Assembly: GCA_022605425.2 (NCBI GenBank)
Contig: CM061250.1
Span: 248,001 to 312,000, forward strand
DNA: 64,000 bases
Direction of reading: 5' to 3'
Source of the DNA: Hamiltosporidium tvaerminnensis FI-OER-3-3
Taxonomy: Eukaryota > Fungi > Microsporidia
The first letter of the stretch is position 1, and every line of letters starts with the position of its first letter. Both the position numbers and the translations under genes were made by a program. Below, one piece after another: positions 45,201 through 58,632 of the stretch. Under the pieces are notes generated by a model. That model saw only the letters and a list, made by a program, of their open reading frames with translations, made no database searches and was not told the DNA's origin.

Positions 45201-47834
45201 TTCAACACTAACAAATACATTTTTACTTCATTTTCCGCGTAAGAATATATAAATCTCAATTTCTGTGTTAATATCATTTAATAAAACATATTCACTACTT
45301 TAGTGCTTTTTAATGAAATAATTCCTGGTATTCAATATATTTATATTAAAAATATCCTATAAAGTACGAATAAAGTGGATAAAACATATGTTTTTGTATT
45401 TGTCAGGATATTTTATTTATTGAAAACTTTTTTCTAATGAAAAAATCTATTCAAGCGCAGACTATTTCGTTGCTGTTTTAAAGTTCCGTTAAATCAGTAA
45501 GTATACAAAATTAAATTTTTATTTAATTATTTTACGAATTATAATATTTAGTTTCAGTATATCTTATAGAAGTATTTATTTAGCTGTTTACTTGCAAATT
45601 TATTTTTTTTTGGATTCAATATCATGTGATTATATATTTGACCGTAGCGGAATAATTTTTACTTTCTAATTTCAATTTTATTTGGTTTTCAAATCTTATT
45701 TTATATCAAATATTACAATCGTTTTAATTTTAGGCAGAAAAATCTTAGATTTGTTTCATCTCTTTAATTTAATCTAGCTTAATTTTTACAAAGATCATTG
45801 TATAATAAGCCAAACGGGCTTTAATAGTTTCAACTCTTAATACCACGAAAAATAATTGCATTTCAAAACTATATTTAGATTCTCTAACGTAGAAACTCAT
45901 ATTTAAATTTATATATATTTAAAGACTTATGATTTACATATTTATGTAATAACAGTATTTTTTAATATTTCATACATTGTACGTTCATATTCTTAAATTG
46001 CTTTCAATTAATTCGATTTTTGTTCACAAATAAGGATCAGATCATTTTAAATATAATTGTTTAACTTCAATTGTATAAATTTCTATAACTCGGTAATATA
46101 AGGATATACTTACAGTTTACCTAAAAATTCTTTTTATTCTATTAATTTTACAATATTTTTTTTATACCTGATTATAAATCAGCCAAATTTAATAGTTTTT
46201 CGTATCAAATTTTACTTTCAAAAAACTTTTAACAAAAATAAATTCTATGATCTTATTTGATTTGTACTAAATACACGTTGCTGCTATTTACTCTTTTATA
46301 TTTCGATCTGTAAGTATCAATATGGAATCCGTATCTAATTTCTTAATATATAAGATATTAATATTTCTAAATGAATCTGAAATTACTTTTTAATATCATA
46401 AAAGTAAATCAATAACAGTGTAAACCGTTCTAATATGATTTTAATTTGTAAAAATTCATTTTTTTCTAATTTTGAATTTATATTTAAAATTGTGGTATTA
46501 TATTTACTTAAAGATTAAAATTTGAATTATATATACTCACATAATATTTTATTATAGATTATAAAAGAGGATATATATTATGTAGGCATTTGACTTATTA
46601 TTTGGGTTTACAAATCCCTTACATTGCCGTTTTATATATAATCTTAACCTAATCTCGTAAAATAACAAAAAAATATAGAACAACCATTTTTTTAAATACT
46701 TTAAACATAATTTATGACTTACATATGGCTGATTTTTATAGTTTAGAAGATAAAATTTGATATAAATAGTAAATATGCTTAGTTTGGTTGTTAAAAGAAG
46801 CTACTCTCACAAAGTTTTTATATTACACTGATCATTTAACAAATCGGTTGCATTATGGAGTTATAACCTTTCTCTAAAATTTAAACCAATTTTATCGGGA
46901 ATTTCTACTTCGCACGATTATTCTGCTCTAATTCATACAGAAATGAAATTTTAATATTATATTTGTATTGAAACTTGTTTCTTTGTAGTCTGTTAAATAA
47001 ATAAAATTAATTTTAATTGTAAACAACTCAAACTAGAAACCTTAAAATCCCTATTATGCATAAAAGCATTTCACGTTTGGTACAAATCTCTTGTGCTAAG
47101 TCATTTGTTTCTATCGTTTAATCAAATTAATTTTTATAAATCGCAGAGAATCTTAAAAATTCATGATTTTTTTTAATTTCTCTTTTACGTTTCAAAAAAG
47201 TATTTTTGTCTATCACGATTAAAATTTATGTCTTGTGGCACATTTTTATTTTATGTAAAAATTTTTCAGAATCGTTTGTACTAAATTTCTATCACAAATA
47301 CACAAAGCATCGAATATAATTCCAAGTTTAATCTCCATTAATACTATCTAATCTAACTTGAATCTAAAATTAATTAATTATCAAATATAATTTATCAGTA
47401 AAAAATTAGTTTCATAAATATTAGTTTTTTATATTTATTTCTATATATTTTTTATCAGTCAAGCAAAAATTTGGAAAAATAAAAAATATTTACTAAATAC
47501 CAAACATATGTACGTTTAATATATAATTTAGTTAAGAAATTGCTTTAATGTATAAAATTCATAAATTTTATAAGAAATAATCAAACGGAATTAAGAAAAT
47601 ATATCAAACTAAAAAATAAATAAGACTTAGTTTTAAATCTTAAAAAACCGTGTCATTTAAAAAATAATACTCCTATTTTTAGTAATTTCTAAATTTTAAA
47701 CCTAGGGATTGATAGTAGAATACTTAATTAAACGTTTTTAAAGTAAGAAATATAAACAATTTTAGATTTCTAAATTTTACAAAAAAAAAACACTAAAATT
47801 GAAATACTTGAAAAAAATGTAAAAATATTTTCAT

Positions 47835-49439
47835 TTATGATATTTTTTTTATGATATCTTCCAATATATTTTTGCATCCAGGTTCTTTTTTTTCTATGTA
47901 ACTATAGAAAACAATAATATAACCATCAATTTTTCTTTTATATTCGTCTTTGTATTTAGGATTATTGAATATATCATTTAAAGATTCTTTCACAATGTTT
48001 ACACCAAAAGAAAAATCTTCTTTATCAGATATTTTGTCAAAAATATCTAAAAGCTTTTCAATTTCAATTATTTTTAAGTTTTGATCTTTTAAATCTTTAT
48101 TTTTAATAAAAGCTGTCTTTTTAAATATTTCTTTAATTTCTCTTTGTAAAGTTTCATTTTCATCTTTAAATTTACCTAAACAAGTAAATTTGTAATTTCT
48201 TTTTAATTTTTCTGTAAAATTTAAAATATTTTTTTTCATTTCAGATTTGTTAAGATTGCTTAGATTCATTAGATTATCCAAATATTTCAACAAAATATCA
48301 GTTAATTCATGTTTTGATTGTGGAACATCCAAAATCAAATCATAAAAATAATAAAAATAGGTATTAATACTTTCTTTACTCACACAAATATTTTCATCTT
48401 CTTCATTTGATTGTGTTAATTCTTTAAATCTTCCATCCATAGAAATATAACACTGTTTTTTTATTTCTTCTTCTAAGATTGTATATTCAAATCCATAATT
48501 CTTCAAAATTTTGTAAAAATTTAAAATTAAATTTTTATTTTTTTCATCAAATATTGTTTCTGATACAATTTTCTTTAAACGGCAATCATATTTACTTTCA
48601 AGATTTAACAATCCTTCTTCTTTAATAAAATAATATTCACAAACAAAAAAACCAATCATTTGATTTATATTTGATAAATTAAAAAGTAAATTTTTTCTTT
48701 TATCGTTAAAATATGAAACAAATTTCTGTTTAAGATTTAACGAAATATAAATGTTATAAATAAGTAAAAATTCCTTAAAATGCACAGGCAATTCTTCATC
48801 AAAAATCATGCAATACTTATTTTTATTATCAATATCTTCTTTATTTTTCATATCTTTAATTTCTTTATTTCCAATTTTTTCATATTTTCCACAAATGTCA
48901 CACAAATATTCATCTACGAGACATTTAATTTTATTTGTAAATCCATTTTTTGTCTTTGAAATACATTGTAAAAGATCAGGATAAATGAGATAATCTTTAA
49001 AAACATGAACAGTATCTTCTACGTCCATAATATAAATAATTGTATTATAAATATTGTTGGGGTCTGAATTATATTTTAGACTTGTTTTATCAACTTGTCT
49101 CAATTTATAAATTATTTCATCAACAGAATGTACTTTTTTTAAAATATTTTCTATTCTTCGATAAATTCGGTCATTGTTGTTATATTCAGCCATAAAATTT
49201 TGATATTTTAAAGAAAAAGTTCGAAAAAAAGTGGAAATTGAAGAATTTAAGTTTTGAATAGAAGAAATATTGGCATTGATTTGGTTAAAGGATTCTATAA
49301 TTGTTGATATTTCAGTTGAATTATAAGAAATGAGTTTGTGTAAATGCTTTGTAGAGTAATTTATTTCTTCTGTCAAATCAATTGGTTTATTTAAAGATTT
49401 TTTAAGGCAGGAAAAGTTTGATGGTGATAAAGTAAACAT
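47835..49439 (-). CDS. SEC15: Exocyst subunit Sec15 (EXOC6), shortened
   Basis: N-terminal coiled coil; IYNIYISLNLKQKFVSYFNDKRK...NQMIGFFVCE resembles Sec15 HIYSVLG..FENYYRKQRK...QIVGFFVVE; CCC before the ATG. Confidence 0.7.
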   Translation of the reverse strand: MFTLSPSNFSCLKKSLNKPIDLTEEINYSTKHLHKLISYNSTEISTIIESFNQINANISSIQNLNSSISTFFRTFSLKYQNFMAEYNNNDRIYRRIENILKKVHSVDEIIYKLRQVDKTSLKYNSDPNNIYNTIIYIMDVEDTVHVFKDYLIYPDLLQCISKTKNGFTNKIKCLVDEYLCDICGKYEKIGNKEIKDMKNKEDIDNKNKYCMIFDEELPVHFKEFLLIYNIYISLNLKQKFVSYFNDKRKNLLFNLSNINQMIGFFVCEYYFIKEEGLLNLESKYDCRLKKIVSETIFDEKNKNLILNFYKILKNYGFEYTILEEEIKKQCYISMDGRFKELTQSNEEDENICVSKESINTYFYYFYDLILDVPQSKHELTDILLKYLDNLMNLSNLNKSEMKKNILNFTEKLKRNYKFTCLGKFKDENETLQREIKEIFKKTAFIKNKDLKDQNLKIIEIEKLLDIFDKISDKEDFSFGVNIVKESLNDIFNNPKYKDEYKRKIDGYIIVFYSYIEKKEPGCKNILEDIIKKIS

Positions 49440-49710
49440 ATGGGATATTTTATTATAAAGAAATTAAGAAATTAGGAAGCAGGAAATTAAAAAATCTAAG
49501 ATAAGAAAGCGAAAATAAAGAAATTATAAAAATTAAGAAATTAAGGAACAAAAAAATTTATTATTTGCAATTCCTTTTATATTAGAGAAAAGCCTAATAG
49601 AATTTTAAAGAAGATACAAATTATATGACAAATTTATTTTTTTTAGTATTTTAATAAAGAAAGAAATAAGAAGTCATCGAATAGTATTTTTAAAAAAAAA
49701 TTCTAAAAAC

Positions 49711-50415
49711 TTAGAATGAAGTTCTTTTTATTAATTCATTGTTTTTATAATCATAAAAAAAATGCAAAGGAGAGATTTTAACTAATCTTGAATCTTTAGA
49801 TTTAAGAATTAAACAATCATTCTGGAGATCGACAATTTTATATTCCAATCCATTTAAATACGTGTATTTTGGTTGAATATATGAAATATCAATATTAACT
49901 TTTTCTAACCTAGAAAATAATTTTATTTCTTTGAATATTTCATATACCAATTCAATTTGATTTATAGATATACCTGTCAAATCTTTGATAGATTTATAAG
50001 ATGGATGATCACCTAATATATTCATCCCTATTCCTATCACAATATATTCCTTGACCTGCTCTACCAAAACACCACATATTTTACTTTCGGAAATATATAA
50101 ATCATTAGGCCATTTTATCAAAGTATTCACACCGAATTTAGTCAGAACAATTGATAACCTCATCAATAAACCACACACCATATTTTCTAATACTTTACCC
50201 TTATATCCAATAGATAGTGCCAAATTCCCTTTTAAATGAACCCATCCGTTCCCTTTTCTACCATAACCATACGTCTGACACTTTGTAATAATACATTCAA
50301 ACTCACTATACATATTACTATTTATTAGTCTTTTTATTTCCATTTGTGTAGAATCCAATTTATTGTACGATTTTATTACAATACCACTTTCCTTATCACA
50401 TTTAATGATTTCCAT
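49711..50415 (-). CDS. Biotin--protein ligase, minimal catalytic-domain form
   Basis: LDSTQ, QTYGYGRKGNGW (QxxGRGRxGxxW), IKWPNDLY, KICGVLVE, IGIGMNI. Confidence 0.92.
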   Translation of the reverse strand: MEIIKCDKESGIVIKSYNKLDSTQMEIKRLINSNMYSEFECIITKCQTYGYGRKGNGWVHLKGNLALSIGYKGKVLENMVCGLLMRLSIVLTKFGVNTLIKWPNDLYISESKICGVLVEQVKEYIVIGIGMNILGDHPSYKSIKDLTGISINQIELVYEIFKEIKLFSRLEKVNIDISYIQPKYTYLNGLEYKIVDLQNDCLILKSKDSRLVKISPLHFFYDYKNNELIKRTSF

Positions 50416-51278
50416 TTATATTTTAATGAAAGGGAATCTAAAAAAATATATTTACAAAAACGTAAGACTTAAAATAATATTTATTTGATAACCAAAAGAA
50501 TGTTTTCATAAATATGAAATAAAATTTCTAGTTTTATATCTTTAATTATCTTTCTTATCAAATATATTGAATAAATTAAAAAAATGATTTGGTTTTTTCT
50601 AATATTTTTTATATAATTGATTTGCTGCTGAATACATAATATCGAATTCATTGTATCGAATTCATGATATCGAAAGTAAATTCATATAAATCAATTATAT
50701 AACTCTTATTTTACGTAACATATATCTTTATCTCTGTTTTTAGCATTTGTAATATCATCCTAAACCATATTTTGAATCATTTAAATGTATTCGTCATTTC
50801 TATTTTTAATCGAACTTTTTTAATACTGAATAGAAATAAGATATAAAATTCATTGATTATTTAAATATCTTCGGTTTAGAAACTAAATGAATAATTAATT
50901 TAACAAATTAATTCACAACAAGTATATTCTTATAGTTAAGGACGTAATTCAAGAAAAATTAAAGTAAAAAACACAATTATTCTATATATAATGATGTATA
51001 AATAAAAAAAGTAAATTATAATATTCATTAACTTATATCCAATAAAAAATTATAAACTGATTAGATAGTATAAAAATATCCTTGGCGAAAAAAAAACAGA
51101 AGAATCAAAATAGGCATGTTTAAAGTTATATGTAAATTATCACATAGATCTATTTCGGAAAAAGCATTTAATTTATTTCTAAATTCTATTGAAAAGTATA
51201 AATTCTAAATATGTAATTGCATTCTGTTCGACTTCAAAATTTATTTTAAATTTATATAAATTGCTATAAAATTTTATA

Positions 51279-52010
51279 GTAGAGGGAGGAGAGCCATATA
51301 AAGCACTTTCTGTTTGGCAATAAGGACTGAAACTGGTGTGAGATCATTGTTTGAATTTTTGGTGGGAATAAAACCACACTACATCTTTGGTTGTTCCATG
51401 GGAGTTGTTATGAAGGGGATAGGTCTAAGAAATGGAGAAACTTTTTCTACCAATTTATTTGTAGTTTTTTACGTACCAGATTGCAGACCGCAGCTAAACT
51501 TGTAGGTAATTGCCATGTAAAAGCATGGAAACCTAGCCTTGCCAACTCGGGTTAGAAGACTTGGCGTTTGGGAGATATAAAACAAAAAACCATTTAAAGC
51601 CAGGAGAGCTAAGTAGCAGGTTATACCTGTTGGTATGCCATTGCACTGTCTAGGTGGACCCCATGTAAATCTCTGAAATATATCTTAGCTAGAAGTTTAT
51701 TGGGTTCAGAAAGGGTAGAGTAAGTAGGAATGCTGCATAGTTTTTTTTTTTTGGGGGGGGAAGCCCAGGGCTTCGGCCTTCGATCACACTTCATGCAACG
51801 GACTGTAACAATCCCTGGGAAACTGCCTCGCATTTTAATTAGGTTCTACACACCTGGGAGATCAAAGGCTTTGGGACGTAGGTATCGCAGGGGTTACCGA
51901 TGGAGTGTTGGGTAGCAGTTATTTATGTTAAACCTAGAACTGCGTTAATGTCATGAGAACAATATAACGCTTCCACTGTTCTAAAAAATATCTGACATTT
52001 TTAAATAAAG
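51279..52010 (+). mobile_element. Full-length ~730-bp SINE-like element, fairly young
   Basis: End-to-end similarity to 41748-42478; no clear TSD found. Confidence 0.92.
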
Positions 52011-53719
52011 ATGATTTAGGTTATTTAGTGGTACTATAACAAACTTTACGACACTTATTTCCCTTTACAATCCCTAACATAATTAATAAAAACAGAGAAC
52101 CACAAAAAAAAGCAGTGGAAAGAAAAATAATAATAACTTCATCAGATTTTATGTTCATATTTAATAATCCATAATTTTTTATGCAAAACAAATTTCAAAA
52201 AGTGATGGTATAGGTAATGACGTGAATTAATATTATACTTAGATATATATTGGTATAAAAATAATGGAATAAATAGAACAATTTTGAGTGCAATATATAA
52301 TGTTGAACAAATAAAGGAAATATATCATAACAAGTGTATGGGAATTAATGAGGGCTTATTGGACATAAAGTTAATAGGTATGAGCCAAATAATATTATTA
52401 GTGATATTTGTAATTTCAAGTATTCACATATTAAATCATATATAGTGTAGTGTCAGTTTCATATGTAGTTTTTAAAATTTTCAAGTATTTAATATACAAA
52501 TTACTTTTATTAGAGTATTTCTTTCGTTAGATATATCTGGTTTACGTTTATTCATTGGAAAAAATATACAAAAATTGTATCACATCATATATTAAATTAA
52601 AAAAACAAATTATCTATGGGTATGAAACATAGAATATAAAAAAAAAGAATCAAAAAAATTGCATTTTAAATTCAGTTTACATCGAGACTCTAAATATGTT
52701 TTGAATTTTTTTTAAACCAAAAACAGTGCAAAGATGCCAAAAAAATTATTTTAATATGATAATATTTTATAAATATTAAATTATCAGTATATTTCTTGAG
52801 GAATCATATCTTTTTTTCGAAAGATTTTATTTAAAGTGAATAAAGAAAATTTTTATGTAAAATAAATTAAGAAAAAAATGATGAGTTTAATAGAATTTAA
52901 ACATTTACAATATTAAAATATATTAAATAAATATTAAAATGAGTATCCACTTTGTTTTATACATATAATAGAATGTGTCAAAAAAATCTTTCTTAACACT
53001 AGTAGAATAATCAAATCTAAATTTAAAATATATACCCGGTTATTAATTTTACCAGATAATATTTTGCTCATGAAATAGGGGCTTCAAAATATATATTCGA
53101 TTCAATCATTAAAAAATAAATATACTGTGGTTTCATTAGATGAAAAATGGCTAAATTAAAGCTTTGAGATTTTTTTAACATTCTATAAAGAACAAATTTA
53201 AATTTTTATTAAAAAGTAAATTAAGTTATTGTTTTTCTTAAGAAGAAAACCATGATTTTTTAAGAAAAATTATATTCTTTGTTGGCTTAATATAATATAA
53301 AAGAGTATAATCCTGAGAAAGTGTGGTATTTACTGAGCCGAGGTTTTAAAAGCTATATTTCCATTCTAAGGACTTTATCTGCTTTTAATATCATATGAAA
53401 TTATAATTTGTATATTTTTTTTCCTTGATTCTCTATTGAGGCTTTTTGTTCAAATTAAATTAGTTACCGGTTTTATGAGTTTATTTTATTTTGTTACGGT
53501 AAACATATTATTTATAATAAACTGTTTTATATAATGTCTTGGCGTCTAGCTTTGTAGCATATTTGTTTTAGAATCCAAAACAAAGATTTTTATTTCTTTC
53601 AAAGTACATATGATATATCATTTTCCTTTACTATCAAAAAACTTACAATTCTTTTGTGTGTAATTTTTGAAATACAAAAAAAAAAATTATCGACATTTAC
53701 TTGTATTTGTATATTTATG

Positions 53720-54440
53720 GTAGAGATAAGATAAACATATTAAGGAGTAGATGGTCGCCCTATATTTAGTGAATTAGATGTAAAATCCTCTTGTATATTT
53801 TTTTGATATATAAAAAGCTCGGTACATTTCTGGTTAAACAATGAAAAATTTTATTCTAAACTAAGGTTTATAGAGTTGTTGCATTTCTTCTTCAAAGCTA
53901 TTTCATAGTTTCCTATATAATATATTGGTAAACATGACTAAATTTGTAATTAATTGGCATGCAAAGCAGGAAAATCGAAACTGTATCACCAGGAGCAGAA
54001 GATTTAACACCTGATAGGGCCCGAAAAAAATACACTTTAAAAGCAAGGTAAGCTATTTTTCATGTTATACTCCTTGGTATGGCATTCTGATGTTTAATTG
54101 AACTTCATATGAAGCTCTAAGATATATTTTAGCCGAGGACTATTCGATCAGAAGATATAGAGTATGTGGAAATGAATGACTTCCAAGATGCCTAAGATAT
54201 ATTTTTACATGTTATAACGCACTTGGCAACAAATATCAACAACTTTGGCTAGTTTATTCACCTATAAAATAGGCTCTAAAAATCCTTTAGGTAAAAAAAT
54301 ATTTGAGATATGGTTAACTAAGGGAGACAAATGAAGCTTTTCGAGAATTTTTCACCTATGAAAATTAAAAAACTGTGCACATATTATGGTGCAATTATAT
54401 CATATGTCACTCTATAAATAAATGTGATGTTCATATATTA
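53720..54440 (+). mobile_element. Old degenerate copy of the SINE-like family
   Basis: 'aattggcatgcaaagcagg', 'agaagatttaacacctg', 'gttatact..tggtatggcatt' and 'atatattttagc' in family order. Confidence 0.65.
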
Positions 54441-54860
54441 GATGTGTGAGTAAATTATAAGATATCGGAAAATAGGTTTTTTTTCAAAAAACATTAATTT
54501 TATTTAGGGACCGGCATGCGAATTACAGGTCTGTAAAATGTTTTAAATTAGTAAACTTAATTCTTACTCATAAATTCGGCATTTTTTAACCATTTTTCTC
54601 AAATTTTTTCATTATTTTCTAAGATTTGTAAAATAATATTCAAAACATATAAAAGAATGAGAATTGGTTATTGCTTACTAGAATTATAAATAAATTTATG
54701 AAGTTCAAAACTTTACATAAATACTCGAAATAAAAATATTCTAAAATTTAATAATACAAGTAATAATATTTAAAACATATATACAATTTAATCAAATATT
54801 TATAAAACAAAAAGACGTTTATTAATCATGAAACTCACTTAATAAAATAATATTTTCAAA

Positions 54861-56381
54861 TCATAGCTGTTCAGGCCGATCAAGACGTGAAAATTCCGAA
54901 TAAACAATTAATAAACTCTTGATATTTTTCACCAAATTCTGATAAAAATCAATATTTGAAAATCGTTCATCAAAAACTTTGCTAAACCCTTCTGTATGTT
55001 TCAAATCTCCATGTTCAACAAAAGAAAATAAGCCAGCAACAATTTTACTAAGAAGGATAGACATCGTATTATCTTCATTGGTTGACACCATATAATAAAT
55101 CATCTCCTCAAGATTATTTACTGCAGTCTTATTTTTTTCTTTGTCGACTCTATCAGATTTATCAGTAACAAAATTTTGGTACGTATCTTCTAGAATCCTA
55201 TAAATCTTCGAAAATATAGGTTGAGGGAGTAATTCAACAAACTGACACAAAAAATCAATTACATTATAATTGGTGCTTATCGACGATGAGGAAGTCAATT
55301 TTCTAAGAATAAAATTGAGAAAAAAGGAAATCTCAGTCTTGTATAACAAAAGATTGTATTTTAAAAGTATGATAGGGTTTGTTAAAAAAAGTTCGTATAG
55401 CTCTCGATTCTGACAATAAGCCGACCAATTTTCATTCAAAATTTCCTTAAACATATCGCTAAAATCTTCTTTTTGCAGCTTTTTAGAAATGCTTCCAAGA
55501 TTAAGAGACACATTTATAGTTATATCACCCCCTTCATTAGCTTGTTTATTGAGCTCTAATTGCGGGAGGGGCGCTAAACGAGGTTTTTTGAAAATTAACT
55601 TAAATTTTTCTTTCAAAATACCAAATAATAAATTTTCAAGTTTTTGCTCTTGGATTTTTCTAACCAGCGATTTATTCATCAAAAACACAATAAATTTCGC
55701 AAAACCAATATTTTTATCTTTTAACTTTTCGTGGACTTTCTTAATATCAAAATATTCTTTATTTTCGAATTCTCCTGATAAAGATTTCATATTAATTTCC
55801 AATGCCTCAGAACCAATCGTATGTTTAACAAAAACGATATCACATCCAGATTCTGAAAACATTTCATCAATTTTATTGGTGTATTCGATAATAAAATCAG
55901 GAAAAATATTTTTTTGTAAGTCTGATGTTCCTTTGTCTCGAAAAGTAACTTTCTCGTATTTGAAAACATATTCTTTAAGTTTTTGAAGCTTAAACAAACC
56001 TGGAAATATATTTAAATCACTTCTTGTCAAAATTCTCATTAAATTTTTCGAACACAAGTTTTGGGAATCCTTGTCCTTTGATTCAACCGATGAACTAGTT
56101 TCTTCATTGAGAAAATCTGCATCTTCTTTGTTAAAAATAAAAAGAGGCACATAAAACAATAAACCTTGTATCTTAAAAAAGACCGAAGAAACTTCGGATT
56201 TATCATGAAGATTTGCAAAAATATCAGCGTATTTTTCGTGAAAACCAAGTTCATTGATTCCCTTGACAAGTTGATTGAAATATTCCTCCTCACTTTGAAA
56301 AGCGGCTAGCTTAATACATTTTATCATAAACAGAAGCATAAGCGGACATTTCATGCACATCTTTTCAAAATTTATTTTCAT
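54861..56381 (-). CDS. Intact 506-aa lineage-specific putative secreted protein ('IFPGLFKL' family)
   Basis: Long ORF; hydrophobic N-terminus ending KLAA|FQSE (signal-peptide-like); two paralogs in the window; no domain recognised. Confidence 0.85.
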   Translation of the reverse strand: MKINFEKMCMKCPLMLLFMIKCIKLAAFQSEEEYFNQLVKGINELGFHEKYADIFANLHDKSEVSSVFFKIQGLLFYVPLFIFNKEDADFLNEETSSSVESKDKDSQNLCSKNLMRILTRSDLNIFPGLFKLQKLKEYVFKYEKVTFRDKGTSDLQKNIFPDFIIEYTNKIDEMFSESGCDIVFVKHTIGSEALEINMKSLSGEFENKEYFDIKKVHEKLKDKNIGFAKFIVFLMNKSLVRKIQEQKLENLLFGILKEKFKLIFKKPRLAPLPQLELNKQANEGGDITINVSLNLGSISKKLQKEDFSDMFKEILNENWSAYCQNRELYELFLTNPIILLKYNLLLYKTEISFFLNFILRKLTSSSSISTNYNVIDFLCQFVELLPQPIFSKIYRILEDTYQNFVTDKSDRVDKEKNKTAVNNLEEMIYYMVSTNEDNTMSILLSKIVAGLFSFVEHGDLKHTEGFSKVFDERFSNIDFYQNLVKNIKSLLIVYSEFSRLDRPEQL

Positions 56382-57059
56382 ATTTTTTTGAAAATTCGAA
56401 CTATTAAATACTTTTACAATTTACCCTTTTAGGAATGTATTTTCAAAAGCTGTCATATTTTTTATTTTCTACAAGCTTCGAAGGTGAAAAATCAAATTTA
56501 ATTTCTTTTTTTTATTAAAAATTAATTTTGATCAATAATAGTTTTTTTTTAAATTAAAAATGTAAAGTTTGAGATAAATTTATTACTGGATTTGGTAAAT
56601 TTCATTTTTGATTTATAAAAGCTATTTTTTTAGATCAAAAATGTAAAGTTTGAGATAAATTTATTACTGCATTTGTCATGAATCAATTTTAAACGATAAA
56701 TATTTGAAATATAACCAAGTATATCTCATGTGACATTATAAGTGAAAATGGAACACACCGAGACTATCAATAGTTATAAATCTATAGGTATACTTACAAT
56801 TTTTCTTCCACTTTTTTGAACTTTTGGGAAATCGTAAAAAATATTTCGATTTTTTAAGAAATAAAAGATAATTAGAATAAAAAAATAAGATATGAGCATA
56901 ATACCATTGTCTTTAATAAATATTGATAATGCCTATTACCTCAAATTCGTTTTGCTATGTCTTTAAATTTTTCTATTTCGTTATAAAATAATAAAAAAAA
57001 TGTGCAAGCCTCGGAGAAAAAGCCACAAAAGTTAAATTAAAAAATAAACAAATCCCCAG

Positions 57060-57720
57060 ATTTATACCGAAATAAATAATGAAAACTTTTCTCAAAATTA
57101 TATTATGTCATAAAAAATCGGTTTGTAGCTGGTATTGACTCTTCAAGATGGTTAAAGAACGTAAATATAAAATCAAGAGATTAACCATTTTTTCGATATA
57201 TTTAAAGTAGAAATGTATTACAGGGGACAAGCGTAAAGTGCCAACACCGCAATTTGTAATTTAACGGTGGATCATATAGTGAATCGATGTGAGAAGATAT
57301 TTTGGCAGAACAATAGCAAAACACATGAATATGGGGCTATATTTTTACCTATATTTGTCTAGAACATATATAAATAAAATAACGCAGTACGAAGTTAAGG
57401 CAAGGTGTTCGAAAAATTCTTGAAAATGGGTATTCGAGAATATAAATGGACGTCATATCAGAACTCAACCTAAAAAATAGGTATAATAAAGCGGTTTATA
57501 TAATTCGATAAGAATTAAAACAAAAACTCGCTTTTATTTAGAATTAATCTCCAAGATTCACTTCAAATTGTTGAAATTAAAAAAACTGAAAAATACAGAC
57601 TTATTTTTAATTAAGGTAAGCCTTTTTTATGAATTTTTTCTTGAGATAATTCTATCTGTGATATTTTAGGACGACATCGTAATGTATATTTTGTTGGGTA
57701 TTTGGGAAGCGCAGGGTACC
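57060..57720 (+). mobile_element. Decayed remnant of a related RLE LINE (knuckle plus endonuclease)
   Basis: Translatable fragments DSSRWLK, CQH...TVDHIVNRCEK and QDSLQIVE are collinear with 40390-40860. Confidence 0.75.
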
Positions 57721-58399
57721 CACAAAATAAGATAAACACATCTATCTTAACAATAAAACACAAATAAAAATATATTTTTGATGACTAAGAGAACTATTGC
57801 TCATAAATATGGCCCGTATGTTCCGAGTAAAGTCATTAAAGGTTATCATCATATGAACAGCAGAGAAATGGTTTCATTTTATACACTTTTCAAAGATATG
57901 TATCAGGAAGATGTCTTTGAACCAAATCTTACGCAAAATATCGAATGGTAATTAGGAAATACAGGCTTAAACAAAGAAGAGATATTTAAAATCAAGCAAT
58001 TCTGGATATAGGTGTGTTTAAAGGCTAATTTATACGCAGAAACTTATAATTACTCTTAATCCAGTATTTAAATAATGTTTTGAAATATATAATTCAACAA
58101 ACTAACAAATTCGAAAACCCCGGGTCATGATTAATTTACAATTTTGTTGGTCATAGATATTGTTTCTAATTTTTAGATAGATTTATCTAGATTTTTTCTT
58201 AATTCCCTCTTGGTTTCTTAATGATTATTTTTAGGATTTAAGAGGTTGATTGTGTGCAAATATATGTATTTGTTGGATTTTATGATTAAAAAATAGATAA
58301 TTACTGACTTGCAGAATCAGAAGTGATAAACACCTCAACCGGATTCTTGTTGAATCCAGGAAACTTATAATCAGTCAACACTCGGTAAATAATATCCCC

Positions 58400-58632
58400 A
58401 TCATGCTGGGAGAAGAATTGGCTTGAAGTATTCTCTGCTTATCGTAAGAAGCGACTAGAAGGAACTAATTCTCCATGTTAGAGTTGGGGGTAGGTCTAAC
58501 AATTCACCGTCTAAAACCACCTTGTTACGAAACCCGAAAAAGTAAACAAACCCACTGAAAAAATACCGGTGGTCGGTATTACTGAGGGCGGCCAAGGCAT
58601 GTGCTGGGCTGTAGTGCAGAGGATAATAATAA
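58400..58632 (+). mobile_element. ~230-bp RTE-type bipartite non-autonomous retroelement (second copy)
   Basis: Matches the reverse complement of 31277-31507; ends ggccaaggc...gggctgtagtgc + gataataat. Confidence 0.75.
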
